From Blastocladiella emersonii ATCC 22665 (taxonomy: Eukaryota > Fungi > Blastocladiomycota): a stretch of DNA of 64,000 bases. Shown here in pieces: positions 54,293-64,000 of the stretch; position 1 is the stretch's first letter, and each line of letters starts with the position of its first letter. A program made the position numbers and the translations under genes. The stretch lies in contig JANHCV010000003.1 of assembly GCA_025594325.1 (NCBI GenBank), positions 1,364,001-1,428,000 of the forward strand. Reading direction: 5' to 3'. The notes beneath the pieces are model-generated. The model was given only the letters and a program-made list of their open reading frames with translations, was not told the origin of the DNA and ran no database searches.

Positions 54293-55388
54293 TTAGGACA
54301 TGAAGAGCATGCCCGAGCCCTCGTACACGGCGGCGATCTTGTGGATGGCGTTGAGGAAGGCGGCGGTGCGGTGGTCGACGCCCTGCTTGAGGGCCGTGGC
54401 GTGGGTCTCGCGGGCCGCGTTGACCATGGTGTCCTCGAGGCCAGAGTAGACGAGCTCGTGCTCCTCGGCGCCGTGGATGATGTTGCGGCGCTCCGACTCG
54501 GTCAGCACGCGGCCCGCCTCCTTCTCGACCAGCTCCACGAGCTGCTGCTTGCCCTGCTCGTCCCACTTCTTGTTGAGGCGGCCGAACCGCACGTGCGACA
54601 GGTTCTTGAGCCACTCAAAGTACGACACGGTCACACCGCCGGCGTTGAGGAACAGGTCCGGGATCACCGTCACGCCCTTCTTGACGAGGATGTCGTGGGC
54701 GCCGGGCGTCAGCGGGCCGTTGGCCGCCTCGCCAATGATCTTGGCCTTGATGCGGTCGGCGTTGGCCGTGGTGATCTGGCCCTCGAGCGCGGCCGGGATC
54801 AGGATGTCGCACTCGGCCTCGAGCAGGGCCTTGGAGTCGCGCGTGAACTCGGCGTTCGGGAAGCCCTCGAAGGTGCCGTGCTGCTTGCGGTGCTGCAGCA
54901 GGGCCTCGACCGACATACCCTCGGCGTTGAAGATGCCGCCCTCGTGCTCGGCCACGCCGATGATCTTGGCGCCGTTGCGCTCAAAGAACTTGGCGGCCCA
55001 GTACCCGACGTTGCCGAAGCCCTGGATCACGATCTTGACGTCCTTGAGGCCGTTGGTCAGGCCCGACGCCTTCTGGATCTCGGGGTAGGTCAGGAACTCG
55101 CGCACGCCGTAGTAGACGCCGAGGCCCGTCGCCTCCATGCGGCCGCGGACGCCGCCCTGCGAGATGGGCTTGCCCGTGACGCACCCGGCCGCGTTCACGT
55201 CCGTGACGTTGAACTGGCGGTACGTGTCCTGGATCCACGACATGACGTCGGGCCCCGTGCCGACATCGGGCGCGGGCACGTCGACGCCGGGGCCAATGAA
55301 GTTCTTCTGGCACAGCTCCATGGTGTAGCGGCGCGTGATGCGCTCGAGCTGCTCCTTGGTGTACTTCTTGGGGTCGATGCAGATGCCG

Positions 55389-55419
<31 letters not shown>

Positions 55420-56065
55420 CGGCGCACTTGAACGTCATGAGCGACGCCAGCGCCTCCACCTCCTGCAGGTCCACCTCGGGGCTGAACCGGATCCCGCCCT
55501 TGACGGGCGCGCGGTGCCGGCTGTGCTGCGCGCGGTACCCGCGGATCACCTCCCACTTGCCGTTGTCGAGCTCGATCGGGAACGTCACCGACAGGACGGC
55601 ATCGGTCGCCTTCATGTGCTCGAGCGTGCGCGGGTGCACGTCCGCCAGCTTGGCACTGCGGTCGAAGAAGATCTCGACCGCCTGCAGGAACGACACGTCG
55701 CCCGTCGACGTGGCTACATGACGGACATGGTGGTGTAAGCCTCGATCTGTCGTCGGGGTGTGGTGGACGACGACGGCGGCGGTGCGACGCGAGTGCGGAC
55801 GCGGCGAGGGTAACAAGCACAAACACGTTGTGTGCATGCACCCTCCCCGAGCGCGCGCACCGCACGTCGTCCTCGACGCCGAGAAGAGAGCGCGTAGCGT
55901 ACCACTCGAGTAGCGAGCGATCTGGCTGAGCGAGGCCGGGGCCAGGCGCCTACGAGAGCGGGACGACGACGAGGGTCAGGGGCCATGGCCAAGCGCTCGA
56001 GCGACCGGAACTAGCACAGCATACATGGAGGAGCGCGCGGCCTTGAGGGCGGAGAAGGCGAGCAT
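54293..56065 (-). CDS. GLUD1: Mitochondrial NAD(P)+ glutamate dehydrogenase, animal/GLUD1-like (3 exons)
   Basis: Spliced leader MLAFSALKAARSSM|RLAPASLSQIARYSS|ATS...; GYRAQHS..R.PVKGGIRFS, KCAVVDVPFGGAKGG, GPGVDVPAPD, TGKPISQGG..GR..ATG.G, QGFGNVG and IPDLFLNAGGVTVSYFEWLKNL.HV.FGRL. Confidence 0.95.
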
Positions 56066-56137
56066 GGTGGCGGCGGGGTGGGGAGTGCCGTGTCCGTTGG
56101 AGAGGAGCAGGAGCGCGGGCGCGGGGGGTGCGTGGGG

Positions 56138-56145
56138 TTTATATA
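56138..56145 (-). promoter_or_regulatory. TATA box (TATATAAA) of the GDH gene
   Basis: TATATAAA on the minus strand about 73 nt upstream of the ATG at 56065. Confidence 0.6.
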
Positions 56146-57388
56146 CGGCGGGCCGCTGGGCCTTGGCCTGAGGCTGGCGGCTCGGCGCGACGCAACAACA
56201 AGAAGCTGGAACGCAAGATCCGACCAATGGGCGCGCGCGCTAACAAACCTCTGGCCCCGGAAACCAAGTTTTCCGCCCGCCCGGGTCGATGGCCGTGACA
56301 GCGTTTTCCGCCCGCGGCCCGCCCGGCGTCAACAAACCCGCCCGTTTGAGTTGGTGCCGGACGAGGGCAAGCACGCCAGCGTCGCGGCCATCGCCGCCAT
56401 CGGCATCTGATCTTCGTCGCCAGGACGGGATCGATGGCCGCGCTGTGCGTTGACGATGGACGGACGGGCGCCACCACCTGGCCATGGCCGTGGCCGCGGC
56501 CCTCGCCGGGGATTGGCAGGGGAGGGAGATGAAGCCCTTCCTCTTCCTCGCCGCAACTCCCCTCGCCGCGAATTTGCGCGCGTGAGCTCTTTTCGCGGAC
56601 GCCCGGGAACGCCCGACGAATCCACGATAATTTCCCGGAACGCGCTCCGGCGCCGCTCGTCACGCGACTGCGGCGTGCACATGAAACGCGACCGGATCGG
56701 CTCTCCCATCACGCACGCGTTCGACTTCTTTTCTCGCCCCGATCTCGTGGTCCCAGATTGCAATGCGTCTCTCCCTGGGCGCGTGACGTAAGCTTGCCCT
56801 CCGTCACACCGTGCGCGCGTCGCCTCATCAACATGGATTTAATCAGTCGGTCCGAGATGAACGCAGCGGCAAAGGAATCCGTGTACCGCCAATAGAGGAT
56901 CGAGGACCGTGACCGTGTCTCGCACGGTGGCTTGGGCTAGGGCCGCAGCATGAGCTCCAGCCTCGGGTTATTTCGACGACGCGTGCTGCTGCCTGCTCGT
57001 CACGTCCCTGCATCGCTACCAGAGGACTCGGTTCGTTCATAAGGGCGTCCTTGTCCCCTTGTCCTCCCTCGCTCCTCCGAACCATCGCACCCGAGTTCTC
57101 CGCCGGCCGGACCGCACTTCATCTCGCCGCCCACCTCGCTTTTATCCGCGGGACCGTCGGCCTCCGGGGTTCTCTCTCTCCCCTCCTCCGTCGCTATCTG
57201 CTGCCCTGCCCTCGATATCATTGCGTGCCCGCTGAGCGTGGCCCTAGTTACCCAACCACCCGCTCTCTCTCTCCATCCCGCGCGGCTTCATTTCGAGGCG
57301 GCAGCAACGGCCTGGTCCCAGACAACTACACCGCATCTCCTCTCTCTCTCCCTTCCCCTCTGGCAGGAGAACCCCCCTCGACGCCAAA

Positions 57389-60049
57389 ATGGCCACCATG
57401 CACTCTGTCGACCACATGGCGTCGATGACCAACATGTCGCTCGGTCGGCCCACGGGCGCCAAGACGCCGTCGTCGTCGACGGGTGGCGGCGCGGGCGAGC
57501 CCATGGACGTGGTCGTCAACGACCACGATGACGACGCGGCAACGGCCGAGGCCAAGGCGGCCAAGCACATGGCGACGCCCGCGGCCTCGCCGCCGTCCAA
57601 CGAGGTGCCGCGGCCGCGCGCCAACCTGCACCACGCCACGCCCAGCACCCTCGACTTCCACGCGTCGCTGCTCGCGGCCGTCGCCCTGTACCTGTGGTCC
57701 AAGCGGCCGCTGCCCACCACGCCCGTCCAGTGCGCCGCGTGCCACGCGCTCCCGCTCACGGCCCTCCTCAAGCACCTGCTCGTCACCACCAAGCTGCCGC
57801 TCGAGCAGTTCTACCTCGCCCTTAAGTTCATCCAGGTCCTCGTCAGCTCGTACCCCGAGCTCACGGTCGTCTCCAAGCCCGGGTCCGAGATTCGGTACGC
57901 CCCGCTCTCCCGCGTTTTCGCTCGTGGCCCCATCCTCCTCCCTGCGGCGTGCACGCGAGTTCGATGGCCCTCGCCGGCGGCGGGGCGGCGCGCATGCGCG
58001 TGCGCGCGGGTCGCATCGTCTCGCATGCCTGGTTCATTTGCACTCGGCCCGGTGCCGCGAATTCGTCGTGCTGCGCCTCTGCCCGCTCGGTTCATTCATT
58101 TCGCGCCCGCATCACGGCGCCGCCGCATGAACAACCAACCACAGCCATCGGCTGAGCCGCTCCCCAATCTCGCGCCCTGAAACACGACTCATCTCCTACT
58201 ACCTCCATCATCACCGACTGACCCGCCCCCATGATTCGCTGCCACCTCGTAGTGTCATGATTGCGTCCATCATCCTCACCAACAAGCTGATGGGTACGTT
58301 GATTTCGACTCGGAATTCGTCGCGCCGTGGTCATCGTACTGATCGAACTTGTGATCTCGCGTACTTTTAGAGGACAACTACATCAGCAAGCGGTCGTGGG
58401 CGCGCGTCTCGTCGCTGTCGCTGCAGGAGCTCAACCGCATGGAGCTCGAGATCCTCGACGGCCTGCACTGGAACCTCGAGGTGTCAACCAAGGAGTACTC
58501 GGCGTGGATCACCTGGCTCTCGGACCTGCGCCGGTACTGGCGCAAGATCTTCATGGCGCCGGTCGCCGACCTGAGCTCTTCCTCTTCCTCGTCCTCGTCG
58601 CGCGTCTCGCCAACCGTCCCCTCGCCGTCGCCGGGTAACAGCGCGCCGAGCTCGCCCGTGTCGCGGCCCGTCAACCTGTCGTCGTCGGTGGCCGCGCAGC
58701 AGCAGCAGCAGTCGGCCGCGTCGCTCAACCGCGACCGCCTGCGCCACCAGGACTCGGCGCTCTCGCTGTCGTCCCCCTCGGGCTCGCCCAGCGGCGCCCC
58801 GCAGCAGCCGCCCGTCCTCGCCCAGACCACGCCGTCCATGTCCATGTCGCGCCGCCTCGCCGTCTCGGCCGCCGCGAGCGCCCACGCTGCCCTCAACGGT
58901 GGCGCGCACCAGGCCACGGCATCGCGCCCGCGCATCGTCGGCCGCAGCCGCGCCGCGTCCGACTCGGTCCACCGCCCGACCATGCCCATCCTCCCGCCCG
59001 CGCACACGATGCCCGCGCTCCCGCCAAGCGCTGTCGCGGCCAACGCCGCGGCGGCTGCGGCGGCGGCGGCGAACAAGCCCGCGACGCCGTCGACGCTCCA
59101 GGCGCCGCCCGTTACGGCCACGGCGCCGCACCTCCGCCACCAGCAGCAGTCCCAGGACTCGCGCGTGCGCCCCGTCAACGTCACGACGCGCAACCGGTCG
59201 GCGTCGCACTCGGTGCACCCGCGCCCCGCGTGGTCCGGCAGCTCCAACCCGCCGCCGTCGGCCGCGGTCCCGCCGCTCCCCGCCACGGGGTCGTCGTCGC
59301 GCGACTCGGGATACCTGTCGGCCGCCAGCGGGTCGCAGCCCGTGCAGCTCGCGCAGGCGTACGCCAACATGTCGCTCGCGTCGCCCGCGCCCGCGACGTC
59401 TTCGTCGGGTGTCATGGCGCCCGCGAGTACCGCGGCTGCCCCGACCCGCCGCGCCGCGCACACGGGCGGTGCACGCGACGCCATCGCCATGGCTGTTGCG
59501 GCCGGCGCGCAGCCCCGCTTCGCGACCGAGCTCGAGGCGTCGAGCGCCGGGTCCAACCCGCACTCGGCGTACGGCGGCGTCGCGCCCATGTACCACCAGC
59601 CCGCGCAGCAGCATCAGCACCAGCAGCCGGGCAATGCGCGTATGACGCGCCGCCCGTCGGGGCTTGGGAACGCGCAGCTCATGTCGTCGATCCCGCTCTC
59701 GCACATGGCTGTCGCGGCCGTCGTGCCCATCCAGCTCCCGCCCCCGCGGCCGACCGCCGCGCACCCGGCGGCCGCGCAGCAGCAGGCGCACCAGTACCAG
59801 CAGTTCCACCACCATCACAAGTCGCCCGGCGCGCGGCTCGAGATGGCGCCCGGGTACCTCCAGCAGCAGCACCCGACGAGCGCGTCGGCCGCGCAGGCGC
59901 AGCCGGCCACGTCTTCTGCCGCCGCTGGGTCGCGCGTGGCCGCGGGCGCGGCGCTCGAGCCCGCGATCCCCGGCCACGGCGTGCTGAACGCCGGCCCGAC
60001 GCCCGTCTACCAGTTCGACGCGTACTCGAACCGGTTCGACTACAACTGA
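57389..60049 (+). CDS. Pho85-type (Pcl/Clg1/Pho80-family) cyclin with a long disordered tail (3 exons)
   Basis: Spliced cyclin box LLKHLLVTTKLPLEQFYLALKFI...KPGSEIR|VMIASIILTNKLM|EDNYISKRSWARVSSL...ELNRMELEILDGLHWNL. Introns at about 57896-58252 and 58294-58370. Confidence 0.85.
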
Positions 60050-60186
60050 GAGAATCGAGTGGATGTGACGACTACCTGACCTGTACATAAGTGGAAACCA
60101 AGAACGAGAAGACGAGTCCGTGGGCGAGTGTGCCAAAAAGTTTTTGTATTTGAATCAATTCGTTACTTGCGACACCTCCTTGTTGT

Positions 60187-63076
60187 TCACGGCGACTTGG
60201 GTTTCGTTGATACCCTTCGACTCGGCGCTGCTTTCGGCGAAGCCGCCGCCGCGGCCTCGCTCGATGGTGGCGCAGCAGCAGCAGCGGGCGGCGGCACTGC
60301 TGGACTCGTTGGCCGACTCGTATCCGCGCCGCCATCGTCCCGCGCCGCGTCCCCGCCGCCGCCGCCGGTCCCGCTCCCGCTGAGATGGCCCGACGCGACG
60401 TACCCGATACTGTCGACGGCCTGGAGCACGCGCTCAATGCGGCGCACGTCGTTCTCGTCGAGATCGTCCGGCTCGAGCTTCGAGTTGGCCATGAGCTCGT
60501 CCTGCAGGTGCCGCATGATCGGCATCCCCGCCGCCTTCCCCCCGGCCGCCGCCGGCTCGCCCGTGAGGCTCAGCATGCTCGACATGCTGTTGCCGACCAC
60601 GATGTTGTTCGGGCGGCCCGGCGCCAGCGAGGGCAGCGAGCCGTTCGACGGGTCGCCGCCGTTGCTTCCGCCCGTGGCCGCGGTGGCGCCGGCGGGCGCG
60701 AGCGACGAGAAGCCCCACCCGGCGACCGTGCACTGGTGCACGTACAGGTACGCCATGATCTGGCCCGCGCGGTCGACGCCGACGCGGCCCGCGCCGTAGT
60801 CGTGTTCCGAGATCACGTAGTGCTGGACAGCGAGCTCGCGCTGGACGCCCGGCAAGATCTCGTTGAGCGCCTCGATGAACCGGGCCTGGGTCAAGAACCC
60901 GACGGCGTGCAGGTCGTAGCGCGCGAGCAGGCGCGTGAACCCGCGCACGTTGGGCTCCATGCGGCGGCGCAACATCGTCTTGATCTGCTCGCGCACGCTC
61001 TCGCCGTGGATCTTGGTGCCCGCGCCGTGGTACGCCTGCTGCTCCAGCTCCAGCTGCTCGTACAGCGCGTCGCTCCGGCACGGGTACAGCGCGTGGATGA
61101 TTTTGCGGTACTTGGGCGAGTCCAGCGGCTCGTTCAGCGATATGTAGTGCGCCACGTGCCGGAAGTACTTCCACACGCACGAGTCGGAGCCGGCCAGGTG
61201 GCGCACGAAGAGTTGGATGTTCTACGAGAGTCGCGGGGGTGAGTGTGCGGCCGTGGCCATGGTCGTGTTCGTGGTCGTTAACCGTACCGTGTTGGTCTCC
61301 TGGTGGTGCTCGAGCGCGGCCAGCACCTCGTACACTACGCGGTTCGCCACGGCAACGACGTGGTAGCGTCCGATGATAAAGTCGTAGAAGAACTCCTACG
61401 CGACCACGAGAGAGTGAGCCACAGTCGAAGAGAAACGAATGCGGCACGTACAATGAAGCTCGAGGTGTGGTCGGTGCTGTCGAGCTCGTAGTTCCACCGC
61501 GCATCGTAGAGGTCCGAAATGAGCCGCGTCAGCCGGTCCATGGTGAAGACGCGCGGGAGGACGGGTCGCCGTAGTCCTCGCTTGTTGCTACACACGCGGC
61601 GGGCCGGAAGCGTGAGTCGGCGGCGACGTGCAAGCGAAGAGAAAGAGCACCGACAAGATGTAGTGCCAGATCACCTTGAAGTATCGCGACGCGCGGTGGA
61701 TCCGCATCTCGACAAAGTCCTCGTGCTCGTCGTCGTTGATGGCGAAGCTGTCGTTGAGCAGGACCTTGGTCGGGATCGGGATCGTGAGGTTCGGGCGGCG
61801 GAACTGGACGTGGGTCGTACCCGCGGGCAGCTGGACCGTCCACGAGTACCCCTGGCCGGCGGCGACGCGCGCGTCGTAGTAGTCGAGGACGCCCGGCGAC
61901 GGCATGTGCGGGCACACGAGGACGCGTTCGGCGCACCGCGAGCAGTACGGCACGCGCTTCTCGGGGCGGAACGACCGGCCGCCGTCCGTCGACACGAGCA
62001 GGGCGAGCGCGTATTTGCGCTGCGTCTCGTGCGCAAAGCGCGCCCACTCAATGTACTCGGCCGTCTCGCGGTACCGAGCCAGCGCGGCCTGCAGCGAGCG
62101 CTTGTGGTCGGTCAGCAGCGCGAGCTCGTTCTCGAGCTGGACCATGGACGTCTCGAACTCGCGCATCAGGTGCTGCTGCTCGATGTCGTCCTCCTCGCGG
62201 CCCGAGTTGCCGAGGATCTCGCGCTTCTTGCGGATCTGCAGCAGGCTGCTCTCGAGGTCGTCAATGTGGTTGTTCATGATGTCGAAGAGCTGGCGCTGCA
62301 GCGTCTCGGTCTCCTTGATGGAGATCTCGGTGACGCGCATCGGGTCGGGCACCATGAGCTCGCGCTTCTCGGTGACCCAGATGCGCGCCGAGAGCTGGTC
62401 GTCGTTCGAGTCCTTGGACGTCTTGAACACGGACAGCCGCTCGATGGTGTTGTTGGCCTGCGCGAGCGACAGCTCGACCGTCTCGCGCTCGCGCGCCGCC
62501 AGGTCGAGCTTCATCTGGTACGCCTTGTTGAGCTCGTCCATCTCCATGTCCTTTTCGCCGAGCCGCCGCTCGAGCTTGGAGATGGTCTCCTTGAGCTCGG
62601 CAATCGAGTCCTCGCGGTTCAGAATCTCCTGCTTGGACGCGATGATCCGCTTCTGCAGCAGCGAGATGTCGCGCTCGCGCACCTTGACCTTGTGCTGCAG
62701 GTCGGCCAGCGTCTCGCGGCTCTCGGTCAGCTCCTCCTTGCGCATGTCACCGAGCCGCGTCACCAGCACGAACCACGGGATCTTGTCGAGCGATGTCACC
62801 TTGTCGACGGCCGACGAGATGTGTGGCGAAAGTGTCAGCTGGTTTGAGAAGATGGCCGTCTCGAGCTCCTGCCGGATCGTGTCCATCATGGGCCCGAGCG
62901 TTGGCGCAAACGACGGCACGGTCGCTACACCGCGTGCGGGTCAGTGGGAAGACGTAGTGATGGTGCGGGTACCCTGCTGTACCCAAAACTTCAAAGCACG
63001 CGCGGACGCGTGACTCGTTGGGCGCGTCGGGTGCTCGACTCAGTTTTTCTCGTAGGTCGATCTCGAGGCCGAGCAC
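60187..63076 (-). CDS. TSNAXIP1-like coiled-coil/EF-hand-like protein, probably flagellar; multi-exon, 5' start unresolved
   Basis: RVRACFEVL|ATVPSFAPTLGPMMDTIRQELE followed by a long coiled coil, then EFFYDFIIGRY..VAVANRVVYEVLAALEHH and an EF-hand-like segment LARYDLHAVGFLTQARFIEAL. The overall layout recalls TSNAXIP1. Confidence 0.55.
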
Positions 63077-63283
63077 TAGACGGCATTATGGTCATAAATC
63101 AGCTCGATTGCATGTATCTCGCGGTGAAAGGGTGGACTCACCCGAGCGGGTCGGCAGCCGGGCGCCGGTCCCCATGGCTGCCGATATTCCATTTGCATTC
63201 GCTGATGGCATGGTTTTTGGTTTTGCTGGTTGGCTCTCTAGACAAGCACTCGGCTAAGGTTGGGATTGTCTCGCGGCCGGCCG

Positions 63284-63310
63284 ACGCGTCCCGCACGACG
63301 CGTCGCGAAA
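63284..63310 (+). promoter_or_regulatory. Cluster of MCB (ACGCGT x2) and SCB/E2F-like (CGCGAAA) elements upstream of SMC1
   Basis: ACGCGT at 63284 and 63298, CGCGAAA at 63304, and a second CGCGAAA at 63494. Confidence 0.5.
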
Positions 63311-63525
63311 GCAGGTGAGGTCACACGGGTGAACGCCGCTCCTCGCTTCCTCGTGTGAGTCGGTCGCTGAACGAGAAGTGCGTTCTCGAGCCCAAGTCCC
63401 GCTGCACCCCCACACTCCATGTAAACGGCGGATCGGCGCACTCCATTACTTTGCGCAAACAGAGACCACGCATCGACGCTATACATACACACGCGCGAAA
63501 CCCACCCGCCCCTGTACACGACACG

Positions 63526-64000
63526 ATGGGTCGCCTCGTCCAGCTCGAGGTCGAGAACTTCAAGTCGTACCGCGGCCGCCATGTCATTGGCCCCTTCAAG
63601 GACCTGACGGCCGTCATCGGGCCCAACGGCTCGGGTGCGTTGCATACTCCTTCGCCGCATTGAGCGCATTTGCGGACCTTGTCTGACGCGACGCACCGGC
63701 CTCCCGCGAGTCTAGGCAAGTCCAACCTCATGGACGCCATCTCGTTCGTGCTCGGCGTGCAGTCGTCGCACCTGCGCTCGACCAACCTCAAGGAGCTCAT
63801 CTACCGCGGGCGCGCGCGGCTCGACGGGGACGGCGCCGAGATCCCGGGCACGTCCGAGTCGGCGACCTCGGCGTCCGTGTCGGCCATGTACGAGGACGAC
63901 GAAGGGAACCAGGTCCGCTTCACGCGCACCATCTCGGGCAGCGGCACCTCCGACTACCGCGTCAACGGCACTCTGACCAAGCGCGAGCCGTACGTGGCGT
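63526..64000 (+). CDS. SMC1: Cohesin subunit SMC1, 5' part (runs off the right edge)
   Basis: [24 protein letters not shown]...AVIGPNGSG|[31 protein letters not shown]. The Walker A motif is split by an intron. Confidence 0.95.

Overview
This is a gene-dense, GC-rich stretch of eukaryotic nuclear DNA (high GC3) with many short GT-AG introns (donors GTACGY/GTGCGT/GTGAGT, CTRAC-type branch points). A flagellar dynein-regulatory subunit (GAS8/DRC4), a fungal KilA-N/APSES Mbp1/Swi4-type exon, a Zwilch homolog and an antenna-type glutamate dehydrogenase together point to a zoosporic early-diverging fungus, probably Blastocladiomycota-like; this is inference. There are about 24 protein-coding genes. 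Housekeeping: proteasome beta1, YTM1, TRM82, SAM synthetase, kynurenine monooxygenase, an acyl-CoA dehydrogenase, an M28 peptidase and GDH. Cell cycle and chromosome: Mbp1/Swi4-like, Zwilch, Wee1/Myt1, MCMBP, a stand-alone tandem BRCT, a Pcl/Pho80-type cyclin and SMC1. The rest include an RBM39-like splicing factor, UVRAG/Vps38, two cilium-associated proteins and three secreted or surface proteins. The most unusual items are a GPI-anchored VWD/mucin/C8-like surface protein, a minimal tandem-BRCT protein with an apparently degenerate phospho-pocket, a divergent CK1 with polyQ inside its kinase domain and a possible non-AUG start, and a ~3 kb island of gene fragments that includes a truncated DOA1/PLAA copy. 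I found no convincing tRNA, rRNA, CRISPR array or intact transposon. All gene models and family calls come from reading motifs by eye, with no database searches, and the exon boundaries are my inference.
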